Shown here one piece after another: positions 9,018 to 17,647 of a stretch of 64,000 bases of DNA. Both the position numbers and the translations under genes were made by a program. Within the stretch, counting starts at the first letter, position 1. Every line of letters begins with the position of its first letter. The stretch spans positions 1,861 through 65,860 of the forward strand of contig JAFPNK010000001.1 in assembly GCA_017401985.1 (NCBI GenBank). The letters are read 5' to 3'. This stretch comes from Paludibacteraceae bacterium (GTDB lineage Bacteria; Bacteroidota; Bacteroidia; Bacteroidales; Paludibacteraceae). The notes beneath the pieces are model-generated. The model did not search any database, had not been told where the DNA came from, and saw nothing but the letters and a program-made list of their open reading frames with translations.

Positions 9018-9308
9018 ATGAATTTCGAAGGACTTTTATTGGGCGCAGGGGCGTTCTTGTGCATAGGCATATTTCATCCGCTGGTAATTAAGGCGGAGTA
9101 CTATTTTGGTGTGCGTTCGTGGTGGGCTTTTTTATGTGTAGGACTAATATCAGCAGGCGCTTCGTTGTTAGTAGAGAACGTGTATCTCTCCATTTTTCTT
9201 GGTATCTTTGCTTTCTCAGCATTCTGGGGTATTGGCGAAGTGTTCAAACAGAAGGAACGTGTGGAGAAAGGCTGGTTTCCGAAAAATCCAAAACGCAAAT
9301 ACAAATGA
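9018..9308 (+). CDS. Small membrane protein (resembles the DUF4491 family, recalled from memory)
   Basis: 96 aa with three hydrophobic helices. There is a 3-nt gap to the upstream gene and an ATGA overlap with the downstream one. Confidence 0.6.
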   Translation: MNFEGLLLGAGAFLCIGIFHPLVIKAEYYFGVRSWWAFLCVGLISAGASLLVENVYLSIFLGIFAFSAFWGIGEVFKQKERVEKGWFPKNPKRKYK

Positions 9309-9754
9309 ATATAGATCGTATTCTCCCCGTTAACAAGGAGCACTTGTTGCTGATGCAGGTTCTGTTTTGGCTGGCTCCGGGTATTGTTATCACGCGCAAA
9401 GGCATCTTGGCGCTGATGGCCGTTAGTGAGGTGCATCCCGAACGTGTCTGGTGGCTGACGCTCATCGCTATTGTCGTAGTGGTATCTTTCTCGCTGATGT
9501 TCAACGGTTTCATCATCCGTTATACCAACCGTATCCTTAACTTCCCGACGCGCAGGAAATCGCTATTAGCTTTCCTTGACCTGCATGGCTATATTCTCAT
9601 CACTTTCATGATGTGCCTGGGTATCAGCCTTAAATACATTCCCTGCTTACCTCAGGAGTTTTTTGCAGGCTTTTATCCCGGTCTCGGAGTAGCACTCTCC
9701 ATCGCCGGCATTCGCTACTTTGTTTCATGGTGTAAAGCGAAAAACATTCCATAA
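9305..9754 (+). CDS. Integral membrane protein, hypothetical
   Basis: 149 aa from the internal ATG at 9305 (MNIDRILPVNK...), which overlaps the stop codon of the preceding gene. It has about four hydrophobic segments. Confidence 0.6.
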   Translation: MNIDRILPVNKEHLLLMQVLFWLAPGIVITRKGILALMAVSEVHPERVWWLTLIAIVVVVSFSLMFNGFIIRYTNRILNFPTRRKSLLAFLDLHGYILITFMMCLGISLKYIPCLPQEFFAGFYPGLGVALSIAGIRYFVSWCKAKNIP

Positions 9755-9785
9755 GAAGAAAAATAGCACGAAAGTCCCACAAAAA

Positions 9786-9817
9786 CTTGTATATGTGGGA
9801 TTTTTTTTGTACCTTTG
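9786..9817 (+). promoter_or_regulatory. Promoter: cTTG-N20-TAccTTTG, a near copy of the promoter at 5358-5389
   Basis: cTTG lies at 9786-9789 and TAccTTTG at 9810-9817. 43 of 47 nt are identical to 5358-5404. Confidence 0.7.
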
Positions 9818-9832
9818 CGCAAAATTTGCGCA
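9816..9832. promoter_or_regulatory. Candidate operator: palindrome TGCGCAAA-A-TTTGCGCA
   Basis: Read directly from the sequence. It is the second copy of the 8-1-8 palindrome. Confidence 0.5.
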
Positions 9833-9836
9833 GACA

Positions 9837-10532
9837 ATGAAAAAGACACTCTTTATCCTCTTGGCGGTACTGACACTGACCGCTTGCAACCGCAAGGCTG
9901 AACAGACCTGCGAACCCATTTATGACCGTTCGGACTTTGTCGAAGTGACCGAAGTGATACCGGATGTCATATTGGAGATTCGTTATTACAGCACCTATAA
10001 TTTCGTGGGAGCACGTATCGACGGCTACGAGCGACCGCTAGCGCTGATGACACATCAAGCCGCCGACTCGCTCAAGGCCGTGAACGACGAACTCAAGGCG
10101 CATGGCTATCGTCTCAAGATTTGGGATACCTACCGTCCGCAACGCGCCGTCAATCATTTCATCCGCTGGGCGGAGGATGTACAAGACACGGCGATGAAAG
10201 CCGTCTTCTATCCGATGGTGGACAAGAGCTTGCTCTTTGAGCAAGGCTATATCTACGCCCGCAGCAGTCACAGCCGCGGTTCAACGGTGGACTTGACGCT
10301 CATCGATGCCGCCACCGGCAAGGAACTCGACATGGGTTCGCCGTTCGACTGGTTCGGCGACGAGAGCCATCCGGATTATCGCTGCCCGTTATACCGACAG
10401 AGTGAGAACCGCCTCGTTCTCCGTAATGCCATGCTTCGTCACGGCTTCGAAGGTATCGACAGCGAGTGGTGGCATTTCACCCTTGCCAACGAACCATATC
10501 CCGACACCTATTTTGACTTCCCAATAGAATAG
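9837..10532 (+). CDS. D-alanyl-D-alanine dipeptidase (VanX/DdpX-like, peptidase M15D) lipoprotein
   Basis: Lipobox LTLTAC. The M15 zinc and catalytic motifs are present (SSHSRGSTVDLTL, EWWHF). I trimmed the start to the ATG at 9837. Confidence 0.8.
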   Translation: MKKTLFILLAVLTLTACNRKAEQTCEPIYDRSDFVEVTEVIPDVILEIRYYSTYNFVGARIDGYERPLALMTHQAADSLKAVNDELKAHGYRLKIWDTYRPQRAVNHFIRWAEDVQDTAMKAVFYPMVDKSLLFEQGYIYARSSHSRGSTVDLTLIDAATGKELDMGSPFDWFGDESHPDYRCPLYRQSENRLVLRNAMLRHGFEGIDSEWWHFTLANEPYPDTYFDFPIE

Positions 10533-10551
10533 ACAAATAAATAAATATATC

Positions 10552-11175
10552 ATGAATCCGAACAACAAATTTGTTATCACGATCAATCGTGAGTTAGGTA
10601 GCGGTGGTCGCACCGTAGGTCGTAAACTGGCGGAGAAACTGGGCATCGAGTATTACGACAAAGCGCTTATCAAGGCCCTGCAAGAGAAGTTTGATCTCTC
10701 TGTGGAGGAAATCGAGAAAATCAAAGGTCAGAAGCAGAACTGGTTGGCAGAGCTCATGCATAGAATGACTTTCTCGGAGTCGGGGTACGAACTGAACCAG
10801 ACGGTAGAGAGCATTGATGTTTTCCGTGCAGAGACGGAGATCCTTAAGGCACTGGCTAAGGACACCTCCTGTGTCATCGCCGGTCGTAGCGGTTTCTATA
10901 TCTTCAGCGACCACCCGAACCACCTGAGTATCTTCATTCAGGCCTCGATGCTTAGTCGTGTAGCACGTGTAGCGCGTGAGCAAAACATGTCGAAAGAAGA
11001 AGCTCGCATGACCATCGAGAAAATCGACCAGATGCGCGAGAACTACATCAAAGAACAGACGGGTCTTTCACGTTACGACACGCGCAACTACCAGCTCGTG
11101 CTCTCCATGGACGAACTGACGGAAGACGCAGCCGTTGACGTCATCATGGAGTATATACAGAGTATGAATAAGTAA
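10552..11175 (+). CDS. Cytidylate kinase-like family protein
   Basis: 207 aa. The N-terminus INRELGSGGRTVGRKLAEKLGIEYYDK is typical of this family. Confidence 0.7.
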   Translation: MNPNNKFVITINRELGSGGRTVGRKLAEKLGIEYYDKALIKALQEKFDLSVEEIEKIKGQKQNWLAELMHRMTFSESGYELNQTVESIDVFRAETEILKALAKDTSCVIAGRSGFYIFSDHPNHLSIFIQASMLSRVARVAREQNMSKEEARMTIEKIDQMRENYIKEQTGLSRYDTRNYQLVLSMDELTEDAAVDVIMEYIQSMNK

Positions 11176-11182
11176 TACATAT

Positions 11183-12235
11183 ATGAAGAAATCATTTTTA
11201 TTTCCGATTCTGATTGCGTTGGTGGTATTGTTAGGCGGATGCAACGTCAACAACCCCGAGCCGAAAAAGACGTATTTCACGTTGTGGAATGACTGCGAGG
11301 CATTGACTGCTTTGCAGGCATACGTAGAGGATGTGACGAACCCGCAGTCCGCGAATTTTATTCCTGTAGCCGACCGTATCGCAACTTTCGACATGGATGG
11401 TACGTTCGTCGGCGAGTTATACCCTACTTACTTCGAGTACAACCTGCTGGAATACCGTGCGTTGGACGATGCCTCCTATACTGCTCCGGAAGAGGTGCGT
11501 GCAGCAGGTCAGAACATCCGCGATTTTGTGCGTAACGGCACGCCGCTACCCGCCAAATTTGACATGGTGCATGCTTATGCAGCCGCCAAAGCTTATGCGG
11601 GTATGACGCTGGCTCAGTTCGATGCCTACGTGCTTGATTATGCCAAGAAACCCGCTAACGGTTTCAAGGGAATGACTTACGGCGAGAGTTTCTACCAGCC
11701 CATGTTGGAAGTGTTCGACTATCTGGAGGACAACGGCTTCACCTACTATGTCGTTTCCGGTTCAGATCGTTTTATCTGCCGTGCGTTGGTGCGTTCGATA
11801 GGTATCGAACCCAACCGCGTCATCGGTATGGATGTGCGCTTGGAGGCCAGCAATCAGGGAGACGTGCCCGGAGTGGAATATACGATGGGTAAGGAGGAAG
11901 ACCTTATCCGTACCGACGAACTGATCATCAAGAACCTGAAGACGAACAAGGTGCTGCAGATCACGCAGGAGATTGGTAAGGTACCGGTGCTGTCGTTCGG
12001 TAATAGTTCCGGCGACTGCGCGATGCATAACTACTGCTTGGGCAACGAGCAATACAAGACTGCGGCTTTCATGCTGGTGGCGGACAACGATGTCCGCGAC
12101 CACGCCGACCTTGCTGAAGGTGCTCGTCGTGAGGCCAAATGGCGCGAAGCAGGCTATCATATCATCTCGATGAAGAATGACTTCAAGACCATCTACGGCT
12201 ACGGGGTAGAGAAAACAGAGTTCGTGTTCCAATAA
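11183..12235 (+). CDS. HAD-superfamily phosphatase-like lipoprotein
   Basis: Lipobox LLGGC. HAD motif I (FDMDGTF) and a later GNSSGD motif are present. Confidence 0.65.
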   Translation: MKKSFLFPILIALVVLLGGCNVNNPEPKKTYFTLWNDCEALTALQAYVEDVTNPQSANFIPVADRIATFDMDGTFVGELYPTYFEYNLLEYRALDDASYTAPEEVRAAGQNIRDFVRNGTPLPAKFDMVHAYAAAKAYAGMTLAQFDAYVLDYAKKPANGFKGMTYGESFYQPMLEVFDYLEDNGFTYYVVSGSDRFICRALVRSIGIEPNRVIGMDVRLEASNQGDVPGVEYTMGKEEDLIRTDELIIKNLKTNKVLQITQEIGKVPVLSFGNSSGDCAMHNYCLGNEQYKTAAFMLVADNDVRDHADLAEGARREAKWREAGYHIISMKNDFKTIYGYGVEKTEFVFQ

Positions 12236-12259
12236 CTGTGTCAAAGCAAACAAGAAACA

Positions 12260-13177
12260 ATGAGAAAGATACTCTATACCCTGCTGGCGGTGCTGACGCT
12301 GACCGCTTGCTGCACCACCGAAGAGCAACTGAAACAGCGTGCCAACGAACTCTGTGTGTACATCCCCGACCATGAGTTATTGGAACGTTCGCGCGACTTC
12401 ATGACGACCGATTTCTATACCGTCCTCGACACGATGTTTTACCGTTTACCGGAACACGAAGCGATGGACCATGAGTGGCTCTATTATTTCGTTACCGGTA
12501 ATGGTGGCACAATAGCCGACTACGAAGTGCTATCCGTCGAAAAGACCGATGCTACACACGCAGTCGCTACGATTTTAGTACGGCAGAAATGGGAAGACGG
12601 TTCGTTTGATCCCGAGAGTGATGTGGAAGAGCACCGCCTCTACATGGAGAGCGTGAACGGCAAATGGCTGATGTCGGATTTCGATGAACACAAAGCCGAT
12701 TGTATCCGGTATATAGCCAATAACCGCAAGGAGCAAGCCCTGCGCGATGCCATCAGCGATTACCTGGTACGCGAGATAGGTACGCAGTATCTGCAAGGTG
12801 AACTCTGTATCCCGACGCTGCTGATGGTAGCCGAAGAAGACTCAGTCGTCTATGGCGACTTCTGGGTCTTCTGGTACAAGCTCTCCGACGATACGCTCCA
12901 AACAGTTTCCGGAGGCAACCACGCCGGACGCATGACCATCGCTTACCGTGACGGTCAACCCGTCATCGCGGCTTTCGAACAGACAGTGGACGGTGCCGGA
13001 AACGATGCCAGCGCCAAGCGTATCTTCGGCTCGCACTACGACATCTACTGCAACATGCATTCCAATGCCGACGTTCGCGAAGCGGTTCGCAAGGAGCAGT
13101 TAGGCGAGTACATCCACCGCCACAATATCCCTGCCCGCTATTACCAAGACTACGGCTGGCAGGCAGTGGAATTATAA
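12260..13177 (+). CDS. Hypothetical lipoprotein
   Basis: 305 aa with lipobox LTLTACC. I recognise no catalytic motif. Confidence 0.6.
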   Translation: MRKILYTLLAVLTLTACCTTEEQLKQRANELCVYIPDHELLERSRDFMTTDFYTVLDTMFYRLPEHEAMDHEWLYYFVTGNGGTIADYEVLSVEKTDATHAVATILVRQKWEDGSFDPESDVEEHRLYMESVNGKWLMSDFDEHKADCIRYIANNRKEQALRDAISDYLVREIGTQYLQGELCIPTLLMVAEEDSVVYGDFWVFWYKLSDDTLQTVSGGNHAGRMTIAYRDGQPVIAAFEQTVDGAGNDASAKRIFGSHYDIYCNMHSNADVREAVRKEQLGEYIHRHNIPARYYQDYGWQAVEL

Positions 13178-13202
13178 ATGTACTGTTTAAGGAAACATCC
13201 CT

Positions 13203-14147
13203 ATGCAACGAATATGTGATTTTATTGCCAAATGGATGGGCGTGCTGGTACTGCTTGTTGCAGCAGTCAGTATCATTGTGCCGAAGTCGCTGACGTGGGT
13301 CGGTACATGGGTGATCAATCCGATGTTAGGAATCATCATGTTCGGCATGGGCCTGACGCTCACTGCAAATGATTTCCGAATCATCCTTCGCCGTCCGATA
13401 GATATACTCATCGGTTGCCTCACGCAGTTCACCGTCATGCCCCTACTGGCATGGGGATTGACGTGGGCGTTCTCGCTTCCGCAAGAATTGGCAATTGGTG
13501 TCATTCTGGTAGGTTGTTGTCCCGGAGGAACAGCCTCTAACGTCATCACCTATCTGGCCAAAGGCGACTTGGCGCTGTCGGTCGGAATGACTGCCGCATC
13601 CACCTTGTTGGCGCCACTACTGACGCCGCTTCTCGTCTGGTGGTTAGCCGGTACGATGGTGGATGTGGACACAGTAGGCATGTTGCTCAGCATCCTGTGC
13701 GTGGTTATTCTGCCCATCGTTTGCGGACTGCTCTGCCAAAGCTTTATTCCCAAGATGACACAGCGTGTGACGCCTTATCTGCCGGCGTTCTCGTCTATCG
13801 CAATTGCCCTCACCGTAGGCATCGTCGTGGCACACAATGCTGATAGGCTGTTGACCGCAGGTCTGATTGTCGTGCTCGTTGTGATATTGCACAATCTGCT
13901 TGGACTCGGTGTCGGTTATCTGGTCGGACGTCTGTTGCGCTTACAGCGTCCCAAGTGTGTAGCACTGAGCATTGAGGTCGGGATGCAAAACTCCGGTCTG
14001 GCGACCTCGTTGGCTGTGCTGCATTTTGCTGCTTTCCCCTTAGCCACGATACCGGGGGCAGTATTCAGCGTCTGGCATAACATCAGCGGTGCCATCGTAG
14101 CACGCATCTCATCCGCTACGCTATCGAAGAAAATAGAAACGAAATAA
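13203..14147 (+). CDS. Bile acid:sodium symporter (BASS) family transporter
   Basis: 314 aa and polytopic. Family-typical motifs are present (GCCPGGTASN, EVGMQNSGLA). Confidence 0.85.
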   Translation: MQRICDFIAKWMGVLVLLVAAVSIIVPKSLTWVGTWVINPMLGIIMFGMGLTLTANDFRIILRRPIDILIGCLTQFTVMPLLAWGLTWAFSLPQELAIGVILVGCCPGGTASNVITYLAKGDLALSVGMTAASTLLAPLLTPLLVWWLAGTMVDVDTVGMLLSILCVVILPIVCGLLCQSFIPKMTQRVTPYLPAFSSIAIALTVGIVVAHNADRLLTAGLIVVLVVILHNLLGLGVGYLVGRLLRLQRPKCVALSIEVGMQNSGLATSLAVLHFAAFPLATIPGAVFSVWHNISGAIVARISSATLSKKIETK

Positions 14148-14190
14148 CATGGAACTATCTAACCGAATACTGTATATCTGCGCTCTCGAT

Positions 14191-15447
14191 ATGAAAAAGC
14201 TTATTTTTGCTTTTGCATCGCTACTGGTTGTGGTAGGATGCACGACAAAGAACCAACAAATAGGTGAATGGACCTATCCGCAAGCGGAGTGGGATAAGGC
14301 AGGAGTCATCCTGATGCATACGCCCGGGCAGGAGCTGTTCGACGGCGTCATTCATCCGTCGGCTGGGCTGTTCGAGCACTATTTTGATGTGGATAAGGCT
14401 GCCGAAGAGCATCGCGGTTATATCCGCCGGTTGGAAGCTAACGGTATTCATGTGTTCACTGTTACGGATATTCTCAATGAGGTGTCATTGGATACTTTGC
14501 GGATGTTAGCTGGCAGGGAAATGATATACGACGTCAGCGCCATGCCGGATGCCGACCGTGCAGCTACAGAAACCTATCGGCAGGAAGTGCTGGCGCAGAT
14601 GAGCCGTTCGGACTTGATTCGATGTATATTGCTCCGGCCTATCGTACGGTTGTTCCCGACCGATAACAACACCGGTGTGGCGGCTGAGTATATCCATGAT
14701 CCGCTCATGAATCTCTATTTCACGCGTGACCAGAGCATCACCACGCCTTGCGGACATATCATCTGCCGCATGAACTCTCCGCAACGTGCTGCAGAGACGG
14801 ATGTCATTGAACTATGCTACCGTCATTTGGGTGTAGCACCCGTTCTGCGTATTGAGGGGAATGGACGATTGGAAGGCGGCGATTATATCCCTGCGGGCAC
14901 GATAGCGTTTATCGGTTGCGGTATGCGTACCAACGAAGAAGGTATCCGTCAGATTATGGAGGCAGACGTGTTCGGGCATGATACCATCGTGGTAGTAAAA
15001 GACCATAAGCGATGGCAGATGCAGATGCACCTCGATACACATTTCAACATCATCGACCGCGACCTGTGTACCATGGTTAGCAGTCGTCTGAATGCCCAAT
15101 CCGGCGAACCGGAATTTGGTACATGCGACATCTATGTACGTGCACCGGGCACCAAACCGTACAATCTGATGCAAAAAGATATGCCGTTTGTGGAATACCT
15201 GCAGGCCAGAGGATTTGAGATTATCCCTATTGACGAGGAGGATGAACTGCACTATGCGAATAACTATCTTACCATCGCGCCGCGGCATATCATGGCGGTG
15301 GCAGGGCAAAGCGAAGCGTATCAGCAGCGTCTAAAAGCCGCCGGTGTGACCGTTGAGTGGATTGAACTGGAAAGCCTGATTGACGGTTACGGCGCCGCGC
15401 ATTGTATGACGCAGGTACTCAAGCGCGCATCAGTAGGAAGATATTAA
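14191..15447 (+). CDS. Arginine deiminase/amidinotransferase-family protein with a lipoprotein signal
   Basis: Lipobox LLVVVGC at the trimmed start. The guanidino-modifying fold pattern ends in the catalytic-Cys context GAAHCMTQV. Confidence 0.7.
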   Translation: MKKLIFAFASLLVVVGCTTKNQQIGEWTYPQAEWDKAGVILMHTPGQELFDGVIHPSAGLFEHYFDVDKAAEEHRGYIRRLEANGIHVFTVTDILNEVSLDTLRMLAGREMIYDVSAMPDADRAATETYRQEVLAQMSRSDLIRCILLRPIVRLFPTDNNTGVAAEYIHDPLMNLYFTRDQSITTPCGHIICRMNSPQRAAETDVIELCYRHLGVAPVLRIEGNGRLEGGDYIPAGTIAFIGCGMRTNEEGIRQIMEADVFGHDTIVVVKDHKRWQMQMHLDTHFNIIDRDLCTMVSSRLNAQSGEPEFGTCDIYVRAPGTKPYNLMQKDMPFVEYLQARGFEIIPIDEEDELHYANNYLTIAPRHIMAVAGQSEAYQQRLKAAGVTVEWIELESLIDGYGAAHCMTQVLKRASVGRY

Positions 15448-15537
15448 GTTATGAACGTTGAAGAATATAGGGATTACTGCCCAACTCCTCATCCGCAATT
15501 CGTACGAAATAGTGAAAACTAAATTTAGTAAGAAAAA

Positions 15538-16056
15538 ATGAAATATAAAGAGATATATTTGGCAGGAGGATGTTTCTGGGGAACGGAGCATTTCTTCAAG
15601 CAGATAGCCGGTGTGGTAGAGACCGAAGTGGGCTTTGCTAACGGGCATATAGATAACCCGACATACGAACAGGTCTATACGGATACGACAGGCTATGCGG
15701 AGACTGTCAAAGTGGTCTATAATCCGGCACAAGTGAGTTTGGAGTTTTTGCTACGGATGTTCTTCGTAGCAATTGATCCAACGAGTCTGAACAAGCAAGG
15801 CCATGACGAGGGAACGCGTTACCGTACTGGCATCTATTATACCGATGCGGCAGACCGCGTAGTGATAGATAAAGTCTTTGCAGAAGAGCAAGCTAAGTAT
15901 GCACAGCCGCTGGTGGTAGAACGTGAACCGTTGGCTAACTTCTATCCAGCGGATGAATATCACCAAGACTATCTCGACAAACATCCCGATGGTTACTGCC
16001 ATCTACCCAAAGCGCTCTTTGAATTCGCACGAAAAGCAAAAGAGAAGATACAATGA
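15538..16056 (+). CDS. msrA: Peptide-methionine (S)-S-oxide reductase
   Basis: 172 aa with the GGCFWG active-site motif. Confidence 0.92.
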   Translation: MKYKEIYLAGGCFWGTEHFFKQIAGVVETEVGFANGHIDNPTYEQVYTDTTGYAETVKVVYNPAQVSLEFLLRMFFVAIDPTSLNKQGHDEGTRYRTGIYYTDAADRVVIDKVFAEEQAKYAQPLVVEREPLANFYPADEYHQDYLDKHPDGYCHLPKALFEFARKAKEKIQ

Positions 16057-16925
16057 AACGAGACTATTCCAAATGGAGCAGTATAGCGCTGATTACCGCT
16101 ATTTATGTGCTTGCAGGTGTAGCAGGCATATTGCTGTTCAAGAGTTTGACCACCATGGCCATGCATCCGATGGGAGCACTTCTGCTGGCAGACGTGCTGG
16201 CAACTATCGTTGTGTGGTTCTTCGGACTAATCTACAAGAACGTGTCGGTCTATGACCCCTATTGGAGTGTGTTCCCTCCGGTGGCATTTCTCATCTGGGC
16301 ATTCTATACGGGTATGTGGACGTTGCCGGTTGTGCTGCTGCTTGTTGCCTCATGGTATTGGGGTTGGCGCCTGACGCGCAACTGGGCACTTACGTTCAAA
16401 GGCATGGCGCATGAGGACTGGCGTTATACCAAGTACCGCAGTCTCCATCCGGCGCTCTTCCATTTGATTAACCTGTTTGGACTGAACATGATGCCGACAT
16501 TGGTGGTGTTTGGCGCGATGCTGCCTGGACTACAATTGTACCAACTTAGCGCGGCTTTAATGATTAACAATCCGTTGTGTTTAGCTATTCTTATTTTAGG
16601 GTTTATCGTTTGCATATCATCAGCGACTATCCAACTGATTGCCGACAAACAAATACACGATTTCCGTGCAGCCAACCCCGGCAAGTACTGCAATGTGGGA
16701 CTATGGAAACATGGTCGGCACCCGAATTATTTCGGGGAAATGTCGTTCTGGTGGGGCATTTGGATCATGTACGCCGCGTTTGGAGGAATCGACTGGTTCA
16801 TCTGCGGACCGATAGCGATGTCGGCTATGTTCCTCGGTATCAGTATTCCGCTTATGGAGAAACGGCAGTTGCAGAACAAACCCGGCTACGCCGACTACCG
16901 CAAACAGACACGAATGCTTATCTAA
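16053..16925 (+). CDS. DUF1295 / steroid 5-alpha-reductase-like membrane protein
   Basis: 290 aa and polytopic. The GLWKHGRHPNYFGEMSFWWG motif is present. An ATGA overlap links it to msrA. Confidence 0.75.
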   Translation: MKRDYSKWSSIALITAIYVLAGVAGILLFKSLTTMAMHPMGALLLADVLATIVVWFFGLIYKNVSVYDPYWSVFPPVAFLIWAFYTGMWTLPVVLLLVASWYWGWRLTRNWALTFKGMAHEDWRYTKYRSLHPALFHLINLFGLNMMPTLVVFGAMLPGLQLYQLSAALMINNPLCLAILILGFIVCISSATIQLIADKQIHDFRAANPGKYCNVGLWKHGRHPNYFGEMSFWWGIWIMYAAFGGIDWFICGPIAMSAMFLGISIPLMEKRQLQNKPGYADYRKQTRMLI

Positions 16926-16988
16926 TTCAACGAGGTATGCAACTCCGCCTCACCCCGCAAGACCTAATCAACTATGTACCATTAACCG

Positions 16989-17004
16989 TAAGTGATTTGA
17001 TATA
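16989..17004 (+). repeat. 16-mer TAAGTGATTTGATATA, copy 1
   Basis: An exact copy occurs at 17619-17634. This copy ends 3 nt before the ATG of the acetyltransferase gene. Confidence 0.85.
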
Positions 17005-17007
17005 GAT

Positions 17008-17562
17008 ATGACTGAATACGAAAAGATGATTAACAACCTGCCGTATGATTACACGGACGAGGAGATACAGACGCGCATCAAACAGACCTATTATGCGATG
17101 CGGGACTTCAACCAATGTGGCGCGTGGGACATGGATGAGTTTCATCGTTGCCAGCAAAAACTGTTACCGAACGCGCACCCTTCGGCACTTGTCATCCCGC
17201 CATTTCACTGTGACCACGGCGACCGTATTTCCATCGGCGAAGGAGTAGTGATTAACTTCAATGCGGTCTTCCTCGACGGCGGCGGTATCACCATCGGTGC
17301 ACACACGCTCATCGGACCAAACTGTCAACTGTTAACACCTGATCATCCGCATAATTACTTGGAGCGTCGGAAGCCGATTGAGACCGGTCTGCCAATACAT
17401 ATAGGCGACGATTGCTGGCTCGGAGGAGGCGTGATTGTTTGTCCGGGCGTGACCATCGGCAACCGCGTGATTGTAGGAGCCGGCAGTGTCGTGACGCACG
17501 ACATCCCGGATGAAGTGGTCGTTGCAGGAAATCCTGCAAGAATCATCAAAAGGACAGAATAA
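17008..17562 (+). CDS. maa: Maltose/galactoside O-acetyltransferase family protein (second paralog)
   Basis: 184 aa. MTEYEKMINNLPYDY N-terminus and hexapeptide repeats (IGNRVIVGAGSVV). Confidence 0.85.
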   Translation: MTEYEKMINNLPYDYTDEEIQTRIKQTYYAMRDFNQCGAWDMDEFHRCQQKLLPNAHPSALVIPPFHCDHGDRISIGEGVVINFNAVFLDGGGITIGAHTLIGPNCQLLTPDHPHNYLERRKPIETGLPIHIGDDCWLGGGVIVCPGVTIGNRVIVGAGSVVTHDIPDEVVVAGNPARIIKRTE

Positions 17563-17618
17563 GAAATAATGACACGCAAAGAAACTATCATAGCAACCTG
17601 TTTGCTGATTTAGGATAA

Positions 17619-17634
17619 TAAGTGATTTGATATA
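17619..17634 (+). repeat. 16-mer TAAGTGATTTGATATA, copy 2
   Basis: An exact repeat of 16989-17004. It ends 13 nt before the ATG of the alcohol dehydrogenase gene. Confidence 0.85.
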
Positions 17635-17647
17635 AAACCCTGATATT

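Noticed and set aside
9119-9304. An upstream 62-codon extension of the membrane-protein ORF at 9119-9754
   Set aside because: The extension overlaps the DUF4491-like gene in another frame. An ATG at 9305 overlaps that gene's stop codon (ATGA), which gives a typical coupled start.
16989-17004. The 16-mer TAAGTGATTTGATATA, considered as a variant -7 promoter box
   Set aside because: It does not fit TAnnTTTG, since GTGATTTG lacks the TA. No TTTG lies 20 nt upstream of either copy. I kept it as an unexplained repeat rather than calling it a promoter.
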